From: Patescibacteria group bacterium
Lineage (GTDB): Bacteria > Patescibacteriota > Microgenomatia > UBA1400 > PJMF01
Assembly: GCA_016861085.1 (NCBI GenBank)
Contig: BOKR01000001.1
Span: 451,271-515,270 of the forward strand
Reading direction: 5' to 3'
DNA: 64,000 bases
This document shows positions 5,874 through 15,500 of the stretch, piece after piece. The translations under genes and the position numbers were made by a program. Under the pieces are notes generated by a model that was not told the origin of the DNA, made no database searches, and saw nothing but the letters and a program-made list of their open reading frames with translations. Each line of letters starts with the position of its first letter. Within the stretch, counting starts at the first letter, position 1.

Positions 5874-8402
5874 TTACTCATATCTGAGTGCATTAAGCGC
5901 AGATATCTTTGTAGCTCTGTATGAAGGATATAATCCTGTGGCAATGCCGATTATGAATGAAAGAGTGATGATGCTGATCGATAATATTAGTGGAATATCA
6001 ACAAAGTTAATGAGACCAAGTCCTTTGGTCACAGAGATTATTGAAAATAATAAGCTGAGTACTTGGCCGGTAACATACCCTAGTATTAGTCCAAAGAATC
6101 CACCTGTCAGACCCATAATTATTGACTCAGCTAAAAAGAGTCTTTGAATTTCGTTAGATTTCATACCAATTGCTTTCATTAAACCAACCTCTCTAGTTTT
6201 TTCGAGTAATGAAACAGTAAGTGTATTGAACATACCAAGGGCAGCTACCCCAAGAGCAACAAAACCGAGTAACGATAAGACAAACCTAACTGTACTAAAA
6301 AGTGAATTTATTTTCCCTACAGTGTCAACAACAGATGTTGTTTTGTATCCAAGTGATTCTATTGTTTGTCTTACTACCTTCAAATCATTTTGATTGAAGA
6401 CAACAACTTTAACTTGTGAATAATTTTTGATACCAAGTGCTTTAATATCGTTAAATGGGACATAATAAGCTGGAGTTTTATTATCAGGTATTATTCCAAT
6501 TATTTTGTATTCGACTGGTTCTGATTCAGCCTGGTATCCAGGTTCGTCAAAAAATTCTTCGTCTAATGTGAAGGTAGTTGTAAATTTTTGTCCAAGAGCA
6601 TCAGCTTCGTTAATAGTAAAGACGCTCAGAAGTGCACTGTTCACAATTGCTACTCTTTGTGCACCTGAAGAAAATGGAATAATATCTCTCTTTTGAGTTG
6701 TCAGCCCAGCTGATCCTGAGGAAATCGATACCCAGTCTATTGTTCCATCTGCTAACAGCGTAGACTGCAAAACACTGCCATCTGCTGTTATTATAGGCTC
6801 TGGTTCAGTTTCTTCCTCAGCAATGAGAGCACTCCCAGAGGCTATCTGAGCACTATCCGATGCGATACCCAAAACAGAGCCCGTCTGTTTTTGATGCAGT
6901 GGCGGTAGTGGGAGGTTTTCAATACGAGCTTTACTTGCTTTAATGTATGAGATTGCCTCAACTTGTTTTTCATTTTGGTCAACTTCTTTTAGATATAAAT
7001 TTACACAATCTTGGCAATCAAGTTTCCTCCAGAGGGGTAGTTTCGCTCGTATCCAGTATCCCAATTCCTTGCCATTTGGGTTTTTTCCAGCGTTACCCCA
7101 ACCACTTGGGTCATAGTATGATTCACCAAATATGAGTTCACCAGTAAAAATGGTAGTTTCTTTTTCTTGATTAGTGAATATGGTTGTTAGTTCGGCATTT
7201 TTAAATGAATCAGAATAAATTTGTTCATAAACATTTTTTGGGAGTGTAAATTCTACACTAGCAACTGCAGCACCCTCTTCAATTTTTTGTGGCTCATCAG
7301 AGAGAATTCTATATCTTGAGAGTGAAAGATCGGTTTGTTTAATATAGCCAGTCTCAATTGATTGGTTGTTTGATGTTCGCATTACAACATAGGTATCATC
7401 AACACAATCATAGTTTTGTTGTGTGCAAGTTTCTCTTCTCCAGAGAGGGAATGTATCTTTTATCCAAGGTGAATAAGAGTTATTAAAAACGTCATACCCC
7501 TCAGGAATGTCTGGAGCGTCATACTCTTGTCCCCACACTTCTACGGCGTCCTGTTCGCCAACAACTCTGGTTGTATACCCAATGATTTCTGAATCTGAGC
7601 TTGGTTCAGAGTAAACAGGTTTCCATGTTTGAGGATACAAAGAATATTTTATTTGAGAAATTTGTTTATTCATTTTTGCGCCATCATAGCGTTCAGTTTG
7701 CACACCTGCAACTGTTCCTGGTACTTTTTGATTTATACTAGATGTTGTGATGTCTTTATCATCAAATAGTTCGCCTTTTGTTGGCTGAATTGCGGATTCC
7801 TCCAAAAACTTTTTGGTTACAGCATATGCAATTGCATCAGAGATAGAATTATTGTAGTTAATTTTTGAAACAACTGATGCAACAGGAAGAACTGATTCCA
7901 CATTTTCTATTTTTGCAAATTCTTCAATGGTTTGATCATTCATTCTTAATGACGAAGCTTGACCAACAGTAACAATTATTTGTTTCATCTCACCTAGTCT
8001 TGCGACTCTAGAAATTACTAATTTTTGTGTTCCGTATCCGAGTGAAAGTAAAAATATAACTGAGCCAAATCCAACAGACATTCCACCTATGGTTATCATG
8101 GTCCTAGTTTTTTTTGCTGATAAGTGTCGAGTTGCCAAAGTAATTAAATCTAGAGATGAGATTTCACCCTCAACTTTTGTATTAAAAAAATATAGGGTTT
8201 TAGTTCTTACCTTTGAGACAAATTTTCGAAGAGGTTGTGCCCAAAAGAAAAGAAGTTTCTTATTCCCTAAAAACTTGAGTACCTGGAAGATTAAAAATAC
8301 AACAACTAGGAGAAAAAATTTAGAGAAAAAAAGTATTTCTTTACCAATCTTTATGTAGTTTACGGACCGAATGAATGAGAGTACTGATGCTATCTTTTTC
8401 AT
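5874..8402 (-). CDS. MacB/FtsX-family ABC transporter permease with a large extracytoplasmic insertion
   Basis: Family TM1 (MITIGGMSVGFGSVIFLLSLGYG) and C-terminal FtsX-type block (GMFNTLTVSLLEKTREVGLMKAIGM, FLAES, GLYPSYRATKISALNALRYE), separated by an ~570-aa extracytoplasmic region. Confidence 0.9.
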   Translation of the reverse strand: MKKIASVLSFIRSVNYIKIGKEILFFSKFFLLVVVFLIFQVLKFLGNKKLLFFWAQPLRKFVSKVRTKTLYFFNTKVEGEISSLDLITLATRHLSAKKTRTMITIGGMSVGFGSVIFLLSLGYGTQKLVISRVARLGEMKQIIVTVGQASSLRMNDQTIEEFAKIENVESVLPVASVVSKINYNNSISDAIAYAVTKKFLEESAIQPTKGELFDDKDITTSSINQKVPGTVAGVQTERYDGAKMNKQISQIKYSLYPQTWKPVYSEPSSDSEIIGYTTRVVGEQDAVEVWGQEYDAPDIPEGYDVFNNSYSPWIKDTFPLWRRETCTQQNYDCVDDTYVVMRTSNNQSIETGYIKQTDLSLSRYRILSDEPQKIEEGAAVASVEFTLPKNVYEQIYSDSFKNAELTTIFTNQEKETTIFTGELIFGESYYDPSGWGNAGKNPNGKELGYWIRAKLPLWRKLDCQDCVNLYLKEVDQNEKQVEAISYIKASKARIENLPLPPLHQKQTGSVLGIASDSAQIASGSALIAEEETEPEPIITADGSVLQSTLLADGTIDWVSISSGSAGLTTQKRDIIPFSSGAQRVAIVNSALLSVFTINEADALGQKFTTTFTLDEEFFDEPGYQAESEPVEYKIIGIIPDNKTPAYYVPFNDIKALGIKNYSQVKVVVFNQNDLKVVRQTIESLGYKTTSVVDTVGKINSLFSTVRFVLSLLGFVALGVAALGMFNTLTVSLLEKTREVGLMKAIGMKSNEIQRLFLAESIIMGLTGGFFGLILGYVTGQVLSLLFSIISVTKGLGLINFVDIPLILSISIITLSFIIGIATGLYPSYRATKISALNALRYE

Positions 8403-9151
8403 AGTTTTTGGTTGACTGATAGTTTTCCACGTTTAGAAACGATCAAGGGTTTTAGACGAGCATCATTAGCTTTATATTCTCCAATAACGACACCATCAGC
8501 CATATTTATTGATTTGGTTGCTGCAGACAAATACTCAAGGTCATGTGTGACCATTATGACAGTTTTACCTTTTTTATTGAACTCTTTGAATAGATTCATG
8601 ATTTCAACACTAGCTTTTGAATCCAAGTTACCGGTTGGCTCGTCTGCAACAATGAGTGCAGGATCAGAGATTAGCGCGCGTGCAAGTGAAATTCTTTGCT
8701 GTTGTCCAGAAGAAAGTTCTGTTGGGGTCTGGTATGCTCCTTGTTTCATATCTACCATTTCAAGCATTTCCCAAGCCATCTTTTCTCTCAGTTCAAGTGG
8801 CATTCCTCTGAGTGTGAGTGGAAAGTATACATTTTCTATTACATTTAAAGATTTAACCCAATTAGATTGTTGGTATACCATACCAACTTGTTGTTTTCTC
8901 ATTTGTGCTCTGCCATCTTCATCATGTTCATATATTGATTTGCCTAAGAACCTAACTTCTCCTTTAGTTGGCTCTTCAAGACCGAGTAGTATATTTAAAA
9001 CAGTGCTCTTACCACAGCCTGATGGCCCAAACAGAATGACAAAATCACCTTCGTTGACGCTAAAGCTGACACCTTTTATAATTTCAACTTGTTGCGTGCC
9101 CAAAGTAAACGATTTAAAAATATTTGATAGCTCTAGGATTGTGTTAGGCAT
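8399..9151 (-). CDS. ABC transporter ATP-binding protein (MacB/LolD-like)
   Basis: Walker A GPSGCGKST, signature variant LSSGQQQR, Walker B IVADEPTGNLD, H-loop VTHD; 4-nt overlap with the permease. Confidence 0.95.
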   Translation of the reverse strand: MPNTILELSNIFKSFTLGTQQVEIIKGVSFSVNEGDFVILFGPSGCGKSTVLNILLGLEEPTKGEVRFLGKSIYEHDEDGRAQMRKQQVGMVYQQSNWVKSLNVIENVYFPLTLRGMPLELREKMAWEMLEMVDMKQGAYQTPTELSSGQQQRISLARALISDPALIVADEPTGNLDSKASVEIMNLFKEFNKKGKTVIMVTHDLEYLSAATKSINMADGVVIGEYKANDARLKPLIVSKRGKLSVNQKL

Positions 9152-9153
9152 AA

Positions 9154-9543
9154 TTACTCTATTGTGCTCGGATCAAATGTTATAAAAAGTGGTTTTTTCC
9201 ATAAAAATCGACTATCTGATTCATTATGAAGTGTTATGTAAATGCCTTCAAGTGGAACACCGTCAACAACTACGGTGTGAATTTCACCAGGAGTACTACT
9301 TGTCTGTTCAATTCTATTTGTAACATTACTTTTTTTTGTGCCAGTTTTAATATACCCGATTGTATCGTGGTCAGTTTTCCAAAAAATTAATGCTTGATGT
9401 GGCTGAATAAAGGTAATTTCTAGAAAGTTATTTTTTTTATTTTCTGTGTAGTTAAAAATAAGAATTGAGAGCAACAATCCAATTAGTAATGAAATAATAA
9501 TAATGATTCGAAGTTGTCTTGGTTTCAGTTGGTGTTGTTTCAT
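9154..9543 (-). CDS. Small membrane-anchored FN3-like protein
   Basis: N-terminal TM, then ALIFWKTD...IGYIKTG...HTVVVDGV, resembling the FN3 repeats (VSWTT...HSLTLSNL) of the upstream giant protein; ATGA overlap. Confidence 0.7.
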   Translation of the reverse strand: MKQHQLKPRQLRIIIIISLLIGLLLSILIFNYTENKKNNFLEITFIQPHQALIFWKTDHDTIGYIKTGTKKSNVTNRIEQTSSTPGEIHTVVVDGVPLEGIYITLHNESDSRFLWKKPLFITFDPSTIE

Positions 9544-12500
9544 TTTGCTAAAAATCCAAATATTGCAGACATGTTTGTCATTACGAGGTCGAGTGCATTT
9601 TCTGTTGCTTTTGGAGTGATCACAACCTTATCAATTGATTCAGCTTTATTATTAAACTCATCTTTTGAAATTGCTCTTAAATGATAGACCTTGCCAGGTG
9701 TTAATCCTGAAATTACGACTAAATGGTGGTTGGTGAGTGTTCCATCCTCTTGAGTTTTTTGAGAATATGTTGAACCACTTCCTTCACCAAACTCAATCTG
9801 AGCTGTAGCAGCTTCATCGGTGTTAAATGAAACTAATAGTTGAGCGCTAGCTACCTCATCTGTGCCTACTATTTCTCCTTCAACTTTTAGATCTGTGATT
9901 TGAGGAGGTCTTGTATCTGCTGAAGTGGTAACCTGTTGAATTTCTCCTGCTGCTTCGTTACCTGCGATATCCTTACCTTTTAGAATAACAGCATAAGTAG
10001 TTTGAGGTTCGAGGTTTGATAGGATCATTTGATGTTTTCCCTTTTTAAGTGCAATATTCACTTCATCTCTTGCTGAGGCTGGAGAAGATATTGGGTAGTA
10101 GGTTACAATTGAAGATACAGAAGTGTTTGATTCCCAGCTAACCAATAAAGTTGACTGGGCGGTTCCTTTTACCTGATTGATTTTTATATTTGATATCTTG
10201 GGTCTTGGTAAGGTTTCAAATGAATGAATTTCACCTTCATATTCTTCTCCTTCACTATCAAATGAGTTGATTTTGTAGTAATATTTGATGCCATCTGTGA
10301 GGTTGGTTAACTGTACGGTATGTGTTCCCTTACCTGTTCCTGTAACAATGTCAGTAATACCACCAAATGCCGAGGACTCACCGTAGTACACACGAATTCT
10401 TGCAGCATTTTGTGAGGTAAATTCCAGCAGCGCAAAATCAAGTCCAACACTTTTTACAGTCGCTTCTTCGGTTGTTGGTGGTGGTTCCGTGGAAAAGCTT
10501 AACTCACTAGACGATCCTGTGTTTCCGTCTTCGTCTGTCCACTTAGCTATGTAGTAGTATGTTGTTCCAGGAGCTAAATTAGAGAGAGTGAGTGAGTGAC
10601 TGGTAACTTGTTCAGAATTGGCAACTTCTTCATCAAAATACTCCCCTGAGCTTGTTCCGAATGCAATTTTTGAGTCAGCTGTTCTAGCAGTTGTCCAACT
10701 AACAACTGCTTTCTTTGTGGTAATACTACTAACTACAGGATCAGAGACAAGATCTGCTGGCACAATAAATTTACCATCAGGGTAAAGTGACACAATTTCT
10801 GAAAATGCTCCACAGTTATTTGTACTGTCACAGGCTTTTACTTTGTAGTAGTAGGTTTGTTGGGTTAAACCAGTATCAACGAATGAAATTCCACCACTTG
10901 TGGCTCTGTTGGTAAAGTTTACCCCATCCGTTGACCTATAGATTGAGTATGTACTTACTCCACTTCCAGTGTCAGATGGTGCTTCCCATGAAAGTGCTAT
11001 TTTCCAAGAGCTGGTGCTTTTAACCGAAACGTCAGCAATATCTATGTTTAAAGGAATTCCGGGAGCACTCGTGTTTGCGGTAAATGTTGTTTGTGCATAG
11101 TTAGAATAGTTAATATTCCCTGCTTCATCTTTTGATACTATGTAAAAAACATTTTCACCCGGAACAGTTGCGTATGCTCCAGCAATTAAATTTCTAACGC
11201 TGGTTGCAGTTGTAGTTGAAGCCGAAGGAAGTGCATTGATACTGTAGTAATACGATAAGTTTGCGGCAGAGCCAAAATATGTTCCAGTTGCAGGTGGATC
11301 CCATGAGAATGCAAATGAGTTGGCAGTATTGCTTGAGGGGGTAACAGTGAGGTTTACTGGCGGAGCTGGTGCATTGTCACTATTTACATAAAAATATGTA
11401 ACAGTGCTATAACTGCTGTAATTACCTGCAGCATCTTTAGTTCGAACAGAAAAGGTATTAACCCCAACTCTGTGTGATGGAATGTTATTTATTTCTGTTT
11501 CGCTAATACACTGGTCAGTTGCATACTCACCAGATTGAGCTCCTGTTTTATAACAGTAACTAGAGACAGGTGCGCCACTAGTAGTTGCCGTGTCCCAGGA
11601 AAAGTCAAAACTATCTATTGCACTATATCCTGATGGATCAGAAACCAAATTTGCTGGAGCTGATGGTGCTTCTCCATCATATTTGTAAATGAATGGATTC
11701 CAACTTTCGGCAGCAATATTCCCAGCATCATCAGTTGTTTTAATCAGTAAGTAATAATTTGACCCGCTGACCAAACCACTTGCTGTGTAGTCTGATTCAG
11801 TTTGAAGCTCTCCATCTTCAAATGGGTCAGCAGCTGCATTTGTTCCGAAATAGACATAGTAACCACTCACTCCCGAACCTGAACTCGTGTCTGAAGCACC
11901 ATTAGTTATTTCTGCATCAGGCCAATCAAAGTAAGGAGCTGTGTGGCTATACCAAGTATTGGTAACAATGGTTGATCCTGGTTCGTTGTTACTGTAGGCA
12001 CTAAATCCTGGAGTAAGTGGATTACTTGGAGCAGTAGTGTCACTAAAATAATTAATAGCATAACTATCTATAACTCCAGAATAGATGCCATCAGATGAGG
12101 TCAAAGTAAATTTAACTTCAATGTATCGAGCTGAAGGTGATTTAATTTGGTAAGTATAGGTTGTACCAAGTTGCTTTGTTGCTGCAACTGCAGTCCAGGA
12201 TGACCAATTAGTTGCATCTGAAGAGCTTCTTGTCTGAATTGAGAGGTTAGTGTTACTTGCCGATTCATATTCTACAACTAGGTTGGCCCATTTATATACG
12301 CTTGATAAATCATGTGTTTGAGAGGTGTACGTTCCTTCCTCTTCAAATGCACTAGTTGGTGTACTTTGAATGTAAGTATAAATACTATCTTGGAAACTAT
12401 TTGTTCCACCTCCAGTCAGCATAAAAATTTTATTGGTTCCATTACTTTCTGCAGAACCACCAGCAGAAATTCGTGCAGGTGAGTTGGGAAGTGTAGTCCA

Positions 12501-15500
12501 AGTATTTTCTATGATTGAATATTTAAAGAAATCAAAGAAATTTCCTCCTCTAGCAGCATACAGATAGCCATCACCACCATTGGTTAAAAATCCGTCGTTG
12601 TATACTGTAGTAGTCAGATCTGCAACAGCAGGATCACTCCAAGCATTTGCAGTAATATCATATCTATAAAATGGATTGTTAGCTACATTTTGACCTCGCA
12701 GCGTATAGAGGTAATTACCGTCTCGTGCTAATTCAGCACCATATCCCAATCCAGCTGGACTTGCCGTGAGAGCACTCCATTTCGTGCCACTACTACCTTG
12801 TGTGTCAAAGCGATAAAACTGTGTGCCTGTACCACCTCTATTCATATAAATATATCGTGAGCCATCATATACCATTGAAGTACCATAGTCTGTGTTTATG
12901 GGTGGTGGATCGCTAGTTTCCTCACTCCAAACGTTTGTTGCAATGTCATATACATAAAATTTCTGTACGTAAATTCCTCCTGTTAGGTAAATTTTGTTGG
13001 CAGTGCTGTCATATACGAGTGATGAACCTGTGTAAGTGCCAACAGGAGCAGTTGCTAATGGTGTGCTTGTTCCAGTAGCAGAGTTCCATTTGATAAATTC
13101 ATCGGAGAAATTTCCCCGTAAAATATAAAAATTGTCTTCATCACCTTTGAGAATATCTGCACCATAGTTTGCGTTTAGGTAACTGGTGCCTAAATATTCT
13201 CTGCTAAATAGCCCTCGATTTGGAATCATCCAGCTATCTTTATTAAGATTATATTTATAAACACTTGTTGAGTTGTTTCCGATAAATCCAAACAAATATT
13301 CACCAACAAGCTTTAATGAACCCCCATAGTAAAATCCATAAGGAGAGGAAGCAACCTGTGTCCATGCTTGTGCACCTACGTCATATTTGAACATTTTGTC
13401 GATTGAATAACCAGGCATATAGTACACAGTGTTTGTTTCAGGAACGTACTCAATAGATGAGCCTAAATATGGGAGTGAAGGCAAGTCTGGTAAAACTGTC
13501 CATGCGTTAGTGTTCATATTATAGACTGAGAAACCATCAAGAAGATTGCCCTGCGTTGCATAAATTAACTCGTTGGTTGTGTCTATTGTCAGATCTGCAC
13601 TAATATACGAAAGGTTTGAAATTGCTTCGTTTGTAGCACCAAAATCAGTATTGGACAAATTTTCCCATGTGTCATCAGCCGTGTTATAGCGCCAAAATGC
13701 ATCATCATTGTTTCCTCTCATCACATAAATGAATTGTTGCCCATCATATACCATAGCAGTGCCATAATAAGCTGTTAGCGGAGCGTCTGCTGCAGATTCG
13801 TCACTCCAGGTATTATCTTCAATGCTATATCTCCAGAATGAAGTTGTGTTATTTCCTCTCATGGCATACAAGTAGCCCTCTGGTCCTTCAACAACTCCTC
13901 CACCAATGTGAACAGTTGCTGGGGCGCTGGTGAGTGTTGTCCATGTATCTGTAGCTATGTCATAACTGTAAAAAGTAGTGTTGTTTGCACCTTGGAACAA
14001 GTAAAGTTTTCCTGATGATTCAACGTAGGCTACGTTTTTTGCACCATACTGTAATCCTGCAGGAGCATTTGTGAGTGTTTCTTCAACCCAAAAACCAGAA
14101 CTCCTACTCGCTAATTTAATTTGGTCATTTGCAACAGAAGTATTTGTCGTTGAACCGGTAAATTCAGCAGTAGTCCCAACCAGTAAACTTTGTGCAGGGG
14201 AAATTCCTGTGTAATTGTAAATGAATGTAGTTGTGGCATCACTGATATTTCCTGCACTATCTTTTGTTTTAATCCTTAAATAGTATGTTCCTGTGGAAAA
14301 TGGTTTGGTTACCAAGTATGTGGAAGCTGTTTGGTACTCTCCGACAATTTCGGGATCAGCAAGATTATTTGTGCCAAAGTAAACATAATAGCCGGCAACA
14401 CTTGTCTGTTCGTCTGCAGCTCCACTCCAACTAAAATATGGATTGACGTGTGTATAACTTTCGCCTGAAGTAAGCGCTGTTCCTCCGACCTCCTGAGAGC
14501 TACCAACTGTGGTATTAGGATTTGATGGGTCTATCGTATCGCCTACATATGAAATTGAAATGGAACTTAAAACAGGAGTGTTATTTGATCCTGAAGCAGC
14601 TAAGAGTATGGCTTTTACTTGAATGTATGTTTGTGCTGGCGAAATGATAGTCCCACCAGTAACTGTTTCCCAATCACTCCAGTTTGAACCATCAGTGCTT
14701 GTCCTAGTTTGAAAAGAAATGCTACTATCTGATGGTGTAGTCTGTTCACTAGAAAGTGACGTCCAGCTAGCGACAAACCCTAAATTTCGTGGTTCAGATA
14801 TCCAGGTACCAGAGCTAACAAAATTTTCAGCAGAAGGTGTGTAATTAAGGATACTTGTAAGTGAGTTTCCACGAAAAATATAAAATGATCCATTATCATC
14901 ATATTCTATTGAAGCACCTGCCCATGGACCAACATTTTGTGCTAAATAACCCGGGAGTGGCTCGAGTTTTCTCCAGGAGTCTGAAGCAATTGTGTATTCC
15001 CAGACATCAGTTTTATACCACCCAGCAAGTGCGATAACTTTCCCATTATGAAAAGCGATGTCAGTGCCATAGTATGGAGCAAATGGTGAACGGGCAAGTT
15101 CACTCCAAGTATTATCAGCAACAGAATATTTGAACCAGCGACTAATTCCAGTGCCAGCTAAGTAATAAACATCTGTTCCGTCGCTGACCATACGTGAGCC
15201 ATATGATGCTTCTGCATCAGTTGGCATATCAGTAACAGCAACATCATCCCAGCTATTACTTGAAATACTATAACGCCAGAATGAGAGGGTAGTAGCTCCT
15301 CTAGTGCCGTATATGTAATCACCACTTCCCGGATAGGCTAAAGAGGCACCAAACCTCACTGCAGCAGGGGTAGTAGCCATTGTTGTCCAGCTATTTTCTG
15401 CAGGGTCATACCTATAAAAATTTGAAGTATTACTTCCTTGAAAAAAATAAATATATGATCCGGCAACAATACCTTTAGTATCATCGTTAAAATTCGCAGG

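Noticed and set aside
5629-6147. 172-aa plus-strand ORF
   Set aside because: Antisense to the permease 3' end and spans the T-box leader; no protein-like motifs, so treated as a shadow ORF.
8412-9185. 257-aa plus-strand ORF
   Set aside because: Antisense shadow of the ABC ATPase. The other short nested or antisense ORFs in the track were rejected on the same grounds.
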